Origin: Podarcis tiliguerta | Taxonomy: Eukaryota | Direction: 5' to 3' (one strand) | Assembly: GCA_965153285.1 (NCBI GenBank) | Contig: OZ229121.1 | DNA: 64,000 nt | Part shown: piece by piece, positions 1 through 10,747 of the stretch | Position numbering within the stretch: the first letter of the stretch is position 1 | Layout: each line of letters opens with the position of its first letter | Program-made: the position numbers and the translations under genes | The notes under the pieces: model-generated | Seen by the model: the letters and a program-made list of their open reading frames with translations, nothing else | Told to the model about the DNA's origin: nothing | Databases searched by the model: none

Positions 1-1252
1 GAACAATGACAGGATTGTGTTTAATTATGGGGATTTGCACACAGAAGAGGCTTAATTACTGCGGTTAATGTTGTTATATTATTAAGAATCCAGTACTAGA
101 CTGCTACTGTTATATGACACACTGATACAAGGCAATGGGAAGCACCGGATACACCTTCACTGGTATTCAGAGAGCAGGGTGCTACCAGGAGACATCGAAC
201 ATGCATGGTATAGGCATGTTTCCTGCTTTTAAAATACATATTCTTTAACAGTAAAATAGTATCTACTCCCATCCCAGGAGGGATACCAAGGCAACCAGTT
301 GGGTTAATGTGTGAGCACAGGGGGAACCAGCCTGCTGTCCTCCAGATGTTGGACTTCAACTCCCACAAGGCCCCGCTAGCGTGGCCAATGGTCAGGGGTG
401 ATGGGAGCTGAACTCCAAAAGTGTTGGGAGATATTCATGGCACATTTGATACAGGCTTAAGCCTGCGCTGATCCTCCATTTCCCCCAAAACTAACTCTGG
501 TGAGGACCCTCAGGCCTAGGGTTCTAGGCCTCATTCTCTTCCCAATGCCAACCCAGAAAACCCCCTCAAGCAGCGGCTCTTACTTGTAAGTAAGAATGAG
601 GTATTCATTCAGGCAAATAACACTCCAAGCTTTGCGGCAGGCACAAGGTTCATGGTTCAGGAATTCAAGAGCAGGGCAAGAAGCTGAGAACAGGATGAAA
701 GCCACAAAATTATCCCAACGAGTTTCCACACCTCTACCGCCAAGCTTTTAAAGGCAAGGTTTGGCATACCCACTTGCAAGGCTTGCTCACTTTACAAGAA
801 TGCCGATGTGCACTCCTGCAGGGAAGGTGGGCCTGCTCCCACCTGCAGAGGTGGTGCCTGGTTCTAAGTGACAAGACTGCTCCATCCTCTTCAAGTTCCT
901 GCTCAGCTGTTGCTGCCTCTAGTTCAGCCGTCCCCGTGGCTTCTCCAAGCCCTTCTGAGTCTCTGCTGAAACTCTCCACTCCGAAGGAAAGTCAGGGAGG
1001 AGAACTGACATCTCTGTTCCTTCTTCCCAGCTGACAGAAGATTGGGTGGAAAGGGGAGATCACCACTCCCTCCAACTCAAGTTCCCACCTTTCAGGTCCC
1101 GCCATTGTTTCTTCCTCTTCCTTCTCCTGCACCAGAGCCTGACTGATCCTGACAGCAGTGTAGGGCTCAGGACACTCTCTATCCAGCCCTTAAGACTCTC
1201 CCTTTCACTGGTCCTTCATCACAATCATGTCATCCTCATATGCCCTGAACTA

Positions 1253-2006
1253 TGACAAGGCCACTTGCTTGCTTGCCTGCCTGCCTGCATCATTCTCTGA
1301 CTTCTGTACAAAGGGAAGAGTCGCATCCATTTTCCCACCCACCTTTTGCCTCTGGCCTTGTCCACCACAGGCACACAGTGTGCTGGTCCCATGGGTTACC
1401 CGAGAGGCGAGGTCCAAGTCTAGTCCGCAGTCAAAGGTGCAACGAGGAGGCAGTCCGTAGTAGCTGAAGCTGGGTGCAGGGCAGGGAGCCGGGTGAAGTC
1501 AGGAACAGGCTTGCAAGCAGGGAGCCAGGACGGGTCAGGACCTTAGGCAGCAAAGCAGGACAGGGTTCAGACAGGAACCAACAATGTTGCTCTCGCAGCT
1601 TGGGACTGGGGCTGGCCAGCTTTTCTCTCCCCCGAGGCATAGAGCCTCTGGTGACTCGCCTCTCCTGGCCTGGAGGTGAGCACTCTTCCTGCGGGAACTT
1701 AGTTCCCTCCGCCTCTCTGCCCTGAGCCCCTGTAGCTCAGGAGAGGCTGGAGGATTACTGGACCCAGAGGCAACCTCAGCTTCCCCTGACGGGGCTGAGA
1801 GTGAAGCACCTGCAGGCAATGGGTCCTCCATCACCTCAGGAGCCAGAGCAGACTCAGCTGATGCCTGCACCTGAGGATCCAGCACAGATGAGGACCCTGC
1901 AGGTTCATGCCCCAGCCCTGGCTCAGCTGGTTCTGGAGGTGGGGAATCCTGTGCAGGCTGGGATCCCTCAGGTTCAGCATCCGTGTCCGAATCCCAGGCT
2001 ATCACA
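1253..2006 (-). mobile_element. Probable solo LTR-like element (a second, different one adjoins at about 440-1223)
   Basis: Minus strand begins TGTGAT and ends CA; GC-rich P/E/S-rich pseudo-ORF; no clean TSD found. Confidence 0.4.
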
Positions 2007-2078
2007 CCCAGTCCTCTAAGAAGGTTACCCAATGCAGTTCTCAGGCTGCAAAATGTTCCCCACCTTTGTTCTCTGAGG

Positions 2079-2225
2079 CAGTGGCGTAGCGTGGGTTGTC
2101 AGCACCCGGGGCAAGGCAAGTAATTTGCACCCCCTAACCCGTGGATTTGCGCCCCTAACCCTAACCCCCAGATGTTGCGCCCGGTGCGGCCGGCCCCCCC
2201 TGCACCCCCCCACACTACGTCACTG
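2079..2225. mobile_element. hAT (Tip100-like) MITE
   Basis: TIR CAGTGGCGTAG / CTACGTCACTG; 8-bp TSD CTCTGAGG/CTTTGAGG. Confidence 0.78.
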
Positions 2226-2512
2226 CTTTGAGGGTCTTCTGGCAGTTCCCTCACCTCGAGAAGTGAAGTGTACATTGTGGCAGTCTTTGGCTAGGTGCAA
2301 TAAAACTGAGTGAGACTGAGACTGAGAAGTGAGGTTGCAGGGAACCAGGCAGAGGACCTTCTTGGTAGTGGTGCCTGCCCTGTGGCCCACCCTCCCATCA
2401 GATGTCAAAGAAATAAACAATTATCTGACTTTTAGAAGACATCTGAAGGCAGCCCTCTTTAGGGAAGTTTTTAATGTTTGATGTTTTGTCATGTTTTTAA
2501 TATCCTGTTGGG
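2226..2512 (+). mobile_element. L2 LINE 3' fragment
   Basis: Near-identical to 29785-29995 (CCCTCCCATCAGATGTCAA...AGAAGACATCTGAAGGCAGCCCT). Confidence 0.8.
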
Positions 2513-3526
2513 ATATTATTATTATTATTTTATTTTTATTATATTATCCACATATATGGGACCATGTCACAAGTTTCATTATGCCAGGATTGGCCACTGA
2601 GCTGCCCTCCAGATGCAGTTGGACTCCAAGTACCATCATCCCCAGCCAATGGTCAGGGGTAATGGTAGGTGTAGTTCAACAGCATCTGGAGGGCGCCACA
2701 TTGGCTATCCTTGCATGGTGTTCATGCTGGTGTTGGGTACACATTCCCAAGCCAGAGCAGGTGGAGGTTTAGCTTGGTGGTTAAACATTTTAAAGAGGCC
2801 TTCATCCTTAGGTTACAAAAATATTTTAGCATTTTAGATCTTTGCCTGCTGACATTCAGGAAGTGTAACTGTTTCCATGGATATAGTAAGAAAGAGTTCC
2901 TATGCAGACTATTATGGGCTGTTTTCAAATAATAAGCTGCCTAAGTCAAAGGCATAAAGTGGCGATAGGTTCCTTCAAAGCAGGCAAACAGAAAAAGTGT
3001 CCTGCAACCTATTTGTCTTAGTTGTTGACTCAAGCACATACTAGATATTACAGTGCCACCTGCTGTTTTACTGCACAATATTGCTACAAATTAAAAGCAG
3101 TCCTTGAATTTTATACTGCTCAGGTGGGGAATATCCCTTCTCTGGATTCATTGCTAGCAGAGCAAAATGCAGCCCCTGGAGCTACTGAATTTATGCTTTC
3201 TGAACACAGAACTTGCAGTGTATGTGGCACAGGCGATGAACAATGCTGTCCTGAGTGCTGCATAAGGTGGAGCTTAAGCTCAGAGGAACAGCTTTTCAGG
3301 ATCAGACTAAGGGCCCATTATTATTCAAGGTTGTATCCAGCTAAGTTCTACTCAGGGTAGACCCACTGCAATTAATGGACATGGCTAACTTGGGTTGATT
3401 CATTTCAATGGGTCTGTTCTGAGTAGAATTTAGTTGGCTATAGCCCTCTAACTGTGGCCAGCAGAATGCCTTCAGCAGCTCCCAAGGAGGCAGTGGTGCA
3501 GCTGGTAATCTGAGACAGTGCACTTG

Positions 3527-3801
3527 TAGGGTTAACCTGTGTCCTCTTTTTCCAGGACACATCCCCTTTTTCAGGGGTAAAATCTCTGTATGGGTAGTTT
3601 TTTTAATTTTCGAAAATGTCTGGCTATACTTTCTGGATGAGACATAGCCATAACTAGTGGCTGAAGACTTGCTTTCCTTTTCTCTTCTCCTGCCCTCCTC
3701 AACAATATATCACAGCTTCTATAGCCTCCATATAGTAGGGGCATTTAAAATGAGAGTCGTCATAACGTCCTTTTTTTGCTCTTCAAAATATGGCGACCCT
3801 A
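3527..3801. mobile_element. hAT (Blackjack-like) MITE; a relative lies at about 5395-5567
   Basis: TAGGGTT(AA/G)CC...GGCGACCCTA-type termini with GTCCTCTTTT subterminal motifs. Confidence 0.6.
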
Positions 3802-3999
3802 AAAGGGTCTTATGGGGCAGAAGGGGGCTGACTTCTTTAGATTGTCCTGTGTATTATTTCAGTTGCCCAGACATCTGCCCTAAACTCCTGCTTGATGGCA
3901 CCTTGATGCAAACAAGGCATCAAGGTGATGGACCGCTTTTGCTGCTGTTGCCCTGAGCCTGTAAAACTCTGAAGTATACTCTCTCTGAACATGACTGTA

Positions 4000-4350
4000 A
4001 AGGTAAAGGGACCCCTGACCATTAGGTCCAGTTGTGACAGACTCTGGGGTTGCGGCGCTCATCTCGCTTTATTGGCCGAGGGAGCCGGCGTACAGCTTCC
4101 GGGTCATGTGGCCAGCATGACTAAGCCGCTTCTGGCAAACCAGAGCAGCGCACGGAAACGCCGTTTACCTTCCCGCCGGAGTGGTACCTATTTATCTACT
4201 TGCACTTAATTGTGCTTTCGAACTGCTAGGTGGGCAGGAGCTGGGACCGAGCAACGGGAGCTCACCCCGCCGTGGGGATTCGAACCGCCAACCTTCTGAT
4301 CAGCAAGACCTAGGCTCTGTGGTTTAACCCACAGCGCCACCCGCGTCCCT
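4000..4350 (-). mobile_element. Full-length Sauria SINE
   Basis: tRNA-derived head GGGACGCGGGTGGCGCTGTGGGTTAAACC, B box and (ACCTTT)n tail; perfect 14-bp TSD TGAACATGACTGTA at 3986-3999 and 4351-4364. Confidence 0.92.
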
Positions 4351-7300
4351 TGAACATGACTGTACCATTTAAAATAAACAAAGTGCCGCACACCACCACA
4401 GAGGCTTGGGACAGCAACAAAGATATCTGTATTTGTAACAAAGATATCTGGATAAAAAGGGATTCTTTACACTTCAGAAGAGAAGAGTCTTAGTGCTCCT
4501 CTTCTTCTCTTCTTCTCCTTCTTCTTCTTCTTCCACCATGTTTTCCACAGATTCAATCGCAAATTCCAAAACTGTAAAATTAAATTCAGGAGACTGTCAA
4601 AACATATTGCTAAATGGAGTGCCTACTCTCCTGGCTTGATTGCAAATGAACTACTGTAAAAACCAATCACTTCTTTTCTTCAAATTAGCAATGGTGTGTG
4701 ATGAGTGAATTTCTCAAAATAAAACCCAGCGGTTAAAAGTCTCTACTTTCCCTACGGAAAACCCAGTCCTTTTAGGAAAGGGAAACGCAAACAATTCCAT
4801 CTGTATTTCCAATTGCACAACCTAATTTACTGCAGACATTCTTCTGTTTACTGTAAACGGGCATATTTCACTACAGAAAACAACATGTTGCAGTGAACAA
4901 GAAATTATCTGCATAGTCTAATCAGATTTAACTCAGAGGCTTGCTGCCCCTCAAATGTCCTGATTAAAATGATAAAACTTTCTCCTGCTGGGTCTGTCAA
5001 TTAAGATGCAAAAGAGCAGAGCTGGTAAGGGGAAGCTTCCTAAGTTGGAAGAGGAAAGTAACAAGGTCACTTTAAGAAAGCCTAGAAGCAGCACATCAAT
5101 CATGTTTCGCTGATGATTAGAACACAAAAGACAGATCTGACAAGCAGATCTGAGCAGGGGGAAAGACCTCACCATTAAGGATGATATGCCTAAAACATCA
5201 CTATGTTCATAATTGCGGGTTATAAAAACCTGAAAGACGTTTTCAGTTAGGAAGGCACCACAGACTGTTCCCATGTTGGTCCAGCAATTTGGCTCCCATG
5301 ACATCATTGCAGAACTGCTTTTGCTATTTAACAGGTTTTCACTGATTTTGCAGGTTGCCCCGAGGGCTTTTATACTGGAAAGGTGGGTTGAAAATAGGGT
5401 TGCCATATTTCGAAAAATAAAAACCAGGAGACATGCTTCCCAAGTTGTTGAGTTTTTTTGTTTTTTTTTTACAAAAATGCCCTAAAAGCGTCATCTTTCA
5501 GAAATCCCCCCCCCCTCCTTTGATATCCCAGTAATGTCCGGGAGAATCAAGATGTATGGCAGCCCTACTGAAAATACCTTTTTTTAAGTAACAATATGAG
5601 TTCTACAAGCTAGAAACTCTGTGTATATAAAGAGAGAGAAAAGGGATGGAGCAACCGTGTATCTTACATGACACTGTTTTAAGGGTACCCTTGAAATTAA
5701 AGTGTGAATGTGACAGATAATGTGTTTGCAAACATACGTATCAGGGCCAGCCCAAGCTCTGAAAAGACACCCAGGAAAATGACACTCCCTTATGTCAATG
5801 GTCCCTGCTAGGCACACTGAGCAGCAGAGCTCTGATCAACACCAGGTGGCTTGGGGAGAGCTGCCATTTGAATTCCCTACAATAACATGGAATTGTGCTC
5901 AGATGGGAGGCATTCTGGGAAATTGAAATGGTGGCTCCAAGCTGCTGAGAAAGTGGGAAGGGGAAGGCAGGGGCTAGCATTATAATCAGGAAAATCAATG
6001 CAATATTCCCCACCTCTGAATGTACCTCGGAAGGGCAGGCAGGTGGGGACTGGTTGAGGGCAGATTGAGATTGGTGGGGCAGCGCCCCATTCATCCTAAT
6101 GGACCATCTTCCACCGTCAGGCCCTTCTGCATGTAAGCCATGTGCTCTATGCCTGAGGTACAGCTTCTCCCCATATGGTTCTATAATACCATTTTGTCTT
6201 TAACTACCTATTCCTTATCTCCAGATTTTGTTTAAACCAGTGTTTCTCAACATTCTCTAGCAGGGAAAATATGTTACATAGGCAACAGATGATACCAACA
6301 GAGAGCGGGGGAAGAGAAGCAAATCTGGCTTTGATTTGTGGAATGCAGAAGGAGAGATGGAGTGCGGCTCCATCCCTGAGCGAAGAGGTCAGGCCTCCCA
6401 AATGTTTTGGGAATGCAATTGCAATTAATCATTTGGCAGCCATTGTTCAGAATCGGAGGTCAACGAGGCCACGGCCAACTGAAACAAAAGCCAGCATGTG
6501 TCCGCACCCAAGTGCTGGAATTCAAGCGGGTCTGCCTCTTTGGGCAAAGGAGGAGGCCAGTCATAAATTTGACGTGCGCCTCCTGTTTTCACTCTGCCAG
6601 GTTAGGGAAACGGGGTGCTTTGATATTTGATCCTATAACCTTTCACCCAACATCTGGCCCTAATCAACATCTCTCTGGGAGAGGAGAAGCATTGGCCTTG
6701 ACAGAAAAGAGGGGGAAAGTGAGCTCTGGAATAGAGGTTGCAATCCACAGCAGGTTCTTCAATCATAGGCGGGGCCCAACGAGGTAGCTTAAGAACATAA
6801 GGAGAGCCCTGCTGGATCCCGTCAATGGCCCATCTAGTCCAACATCCTGTTCTCACAGTGGTCCACCAGATGCCCAGGTATACTACTGTTATAAATGTAC
6901 ATTCCACCAAGGGGAATGCTGGAACAGCTATTGCTTTTGCCGTTCCCCTTGTGAATTCACCAGGGGAAGGGGAAAATGCTCACAATTACTGTTTGAAGTG
7001 GTATGTGAATATTTGAGTCCATCCTTTACTTTGCACCCTTCCCATCAAAGGCATCAAAAACAAACAAACAAAAAAGCTGCAAAACCAGCCAGGGGACAGC
7101 AAATTGGGGGTGGAGGAGGGAGTGAAGTACTCACCTAAGAATACTTGCCAGGAAAACTCCTTGAGCTCTGTGGGAGTTTCTTGCAAGTAAAGGTGATTAA
7201 GGCCTATCCCATCTTTTAAATGATTATTAGAAGCTGCCCATTTCGGGTTCTCTCTCTGTTTCTTATTTTTCCCATCTTAAGTTCAGTTTTCCACATATCC

Positions 7301-7809
7301 ACACCAGTTTGATTTTCTTTCTTTTTTTTTAAAAAAAAACTCATCATGAAACTTCATAAGCATTCCAGTGCAAAATTTATCCTAATTAATACGTGTCAGG
7401 ATGCAATTTTGCCTAATAGGCACATTCTTGCAAAGCCACGTACCCTAATGAAATGCATTTTTGTAGGTTATTTTCATGAATATACACATTTTTACTCAGA
7501 CTTCCCCTCACTATATGCATTTTTGTATGCATTACTTGTCTGGAGAGCTGCATATATTGCTATAATTAGAGAAGTGTAAATTTCAAAGGACACCTGCGTT
7601 CCAATTCTTACATTGTTTCGGAAAATGCAGTTGGGTAGGCTTGCCTTTAAATGGAAACTGGACGAAATCTCTTCCCTAACCCTAGTGTACACCCAACAAC
7701 TCACGCTCCCTTTTCCAAACCACTTTTGGCTGTTTACACCAAATGGAGCACGCCCTCCCACACTTTACCTCGTTGCACTCCTTAGCTGTTAAGCTGTTGC
7801 CCCCCAACT

Positions 7810-7945
7810 CAGGCATAGGCAAACTCAGCCCTCCAGATGTTTTGGGACTACAACTCCCATCATCCCTAGCTAGCAGGACCAGTGGTCAGGGATGATGGGA
7901 ATTGTAGTCCCAAAACACCTGGAGGGCTGAGTTTGCCTATGCCTG
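7810..7945. mobile_element. Palindromic hAT MITE
   Basis: CAGGCATAGGCAAACTC...GAGTTTGCCTATGCCTG; nearly fully self-complementary. Confidence 0.85.
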
Positions 7946-8529
7946 GCCCTAACTCCAATACCAGAAGAGGAGAAAGGTGCCTAAATCTACAGAGTACAAT
8001 GGGATAAGGCGAGGGAGAGGCTGGATTTACTCCCCTCTCTGGCACGCTCCATTTTAGGTAAAAATACACTCCACTGCCTCATGTGAACGGTGCACACGCA
8101 TGTTTAGCATGCGTGCATTTCCCATCCAGCCTAGTTTGGCCCTAAGTTGCTGCAAATATAAGCAACTCCTGCTGAGAGACGGGTAAATGCAGCCAACTTT
8201 TGCCAGGAGGCTTTGCTGCTGCGGGCCAGTAGGAAATGAAGATGATCGTGTGTTAATTGAGGAGAGAAACCTCATTAGCTCATGTGCAGCTTATTAGCTC
8301 TTTTAAAGGGAGCAGCCCACAGAGGGTGACCCAAAGCCACATGCAGCGCAAGCGCAAATAATGGAGCAGCAGCATGCGCAGCAGCCCATGGTAAGCCACA
8401 AGTCTGGTTTCTGTCAGCAGAGACAAGAGACTCGTTCTCCCCTTGCAAAGCCCTCCAGCACTGCCGAGCATTAAAACTTCTGCCTCATGCCAGATATATT
8501 TGACTCCCATTTTACAACAACGTTAATTG

Positions 8530-8666
8530 CAGGCATAGGCAAACTTGGCCCTCCAGATGTTTTAGGACTACAACTCCCATCATCCCTAGCCAACAGGAAC
8601 AGTGGTCAGGGATAATGGGAGTTGTAGTCCCCAAAACATCTGGAGGGCCGAGTTTGCCTATGCCTG
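8530..8666. mobile_element. Palindromic hAT MITE (degenerate relatives near 317-432, 2585-2712, 9855-9905, 10140-10235, 12920-13043, 39050-39183, 60823-60953)
   Basis: Same TIRs; perfect 8-bp TSD GTTAATTG at 8522-8529 and 8667-8674. Confidence 0.88.
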
Positions 8667-9214
8667 GTTAATTGCCTCTCCTCCTTCCAGCTCTACTTTT
8701 CTGTCTCTTTTAAGACACCTTAGTCCCCAAAAGCCTGACCTTTCCAAAGAATGATACATGAAAGCTATTTTTCAAGTTAGAGTCTCGGGATTGCCGTATC
8801 TTTATACTGAATGTGCAGATGAAGCATCTCAGGGTGTCAGCTATGCCAGTTCTCCTCCTTGAAGAGCTTGCATGATGGTTTTTTCAGGTGATGAGTTTGT
8901 TTTTCCAATACAGTACCATTTTGGTATGGGTGAAGCATGGAGGGGTGGAATCCTCAGCTGGATATATCACATGCTTGTTTGCCCCACATCACAAGGATCT
9001 TCCAGGATGAAGTGAGGTGTACAACTTCACCGGGTTACAAAACCTAGATGGTGTTGCCTTGTCAACATCACGAAAATTGGTCTGGGGTAAAGACAATAAA
9101 AACGGGACTTCTCATAAGTCAACATTATACTCTCTGTGGTGCTATTTACACAAGCAAATGTCGTGCCTTCAGATGTGTTTGGACTACTATGGTCCAACAA
9201 AACTCCTCTGAATA

Positions 9215-9342
9215 CTTCTTCTTCTTCTTTGGTGATCACTTGTAGCCGAGTAAGATTCAGCTACAAGTATTCGGTTGGGAGCCGCCCAGAGTGGCTGGGG
9301 AAACCCAGCCAGATGGGTGGGGAATAAATAAACAAATAAACA

Positions 9343-9381
<39 letters not shown>

Positions 9382-9590
9382 TGCCTTCTGTTAAACACGG
9401 TTTTAACAGTGAGTCCAAAAATGACTGTGGAGGCCAATTCTGGATCCACACGTCCTTCCACAGTGGGGACATAGGTTTATGGGAGTTGATCACGGTGAGG
9501 GTTTGCCAAGCGTGCCTTCCTCTTAGCGTGTTTCTCCCTTTCATCCTGAGTTCGAGCGTCTTCAAAGCCCACGACACCACCACTACTACA
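9215..9590 (-). mobile_element. RTE-clade LINE 3' fragment interrupted by an L2-type tail (about 9260-9381)
   Basis: FEDARTQDEREKHAKRKARLANPHRDQLP resembles the RTE ORF end; (GAA)n tail; inserted segment ends in (AAT)n. Confidence 0.65.
9343..9381. repeat. (AAT)n microsatellite (retroposon tail)
   Basis: Read directly from the sequence. Confidence 0.9.
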
Positions 9591-10728
9591 GCTCAGAACT
9601 TGCTGGATAAACGCAGGACGAATTTCTTCCACAAGAGACAAAGGAGCAAAATCCCAGTGCTGTGGCAATCTCTAAATCCAGAATAATCCCACAGATTAAA
9701 TTTTATGTACTTATTGCACCCTCATCAATGGCGCTACCTAGTGATTCAGGAGTAAATTTAGAATAAATGGAAGTTAAAACACGAGGGGCAAAAATATCCC
9801 TGACAGGTTTCCTCCCCACTCAGGATATTAATTTGAATGAGTGAACTGGGATAGACAATGTGGCGCCCTCCAGATGTTGCTGGAATACAACTCCCATCGT
9901 CCTGCCTGATGCGCCATACCTAGACCGCGTCCTCCCTTTGAAATCCAAGCATCAGTGACTCCTGAATGATTTATATTTTCAGCGTGGAATGCAAGACACC
10001 CTGTAGCCTAGGAGGCTCTTCGGCATGGAACAGTCCTGTGTTTCAGGGAACGTGTGTGAATGACATGCCATCAGTAGTGGGTGTGTTTCTGACATTAATC
10101 TGCCTCTGGTTGATGATTCCACAGGAAAGAGCCATGGGAGGCGTGGGGAACCTTGGCCCTCCTGCTGTTGCTGAACTGCAATTCCCATCAGCCCTTGCAA
10201 GCCTGGCCAATGACCAGGGATGAGTAATGTCCAAAATGGAGTGGCTGCTTTGTTCAGCTGCCTATCCTTGAGTGCGCCTGCAAACAGGCCTAGGCAGCAA
10301 TTTCTGTTCTCTTGCTGCAAGCCACAAGCCTTGATTGGTTAATTATTGCCCATTAACCAGCACTCGTTGCAGCGGCCAAGCCATTAAGCAGGGCAACATA
10401 TGGTTCCTAACAGCGCTATTAACATACCTTTAGGGAGCATTTCCTGAAGCAGCAGGGCATTTCAAGGGGAAGAGAGTGGCTTTGCTTCTTTTTGAAACGA
10501 GCTCACTGGTTCAATGCTTGGGCCCAGATGACAAAAACCCATTTCGCGCCTGCAAACAATAGCAGGTGCCCTTGGCTGAAACAAGCATGTGAACATGCAG
10601 CAGAAGAGCTACATTGGGAGATAATGCCTTGATTTCTCCTGCAATAAATGTGTGGCGAGCAATGATGGACTCAGCTACATTGGTAAAGAAAAAACGATTT
10701 GTATGCGTTTTATATGCGATATATCATT

Positions 10729-10747
10729 TTGCCACCAGATGGTGCTG
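10729..10747 (+). promoter_or_regulatory. Candidate CTCF site
   Basis: TTGCCACCAGATGGTGCTG is close to the CTCF core consensus; TGCGAT upstream at 10715. Confidence 0.45.

Noticed and set aside
4951-5406. 151-aa minus-strand ORF
   Set aside because: Starts inside a transposon end; no recognisable homology or exon structure
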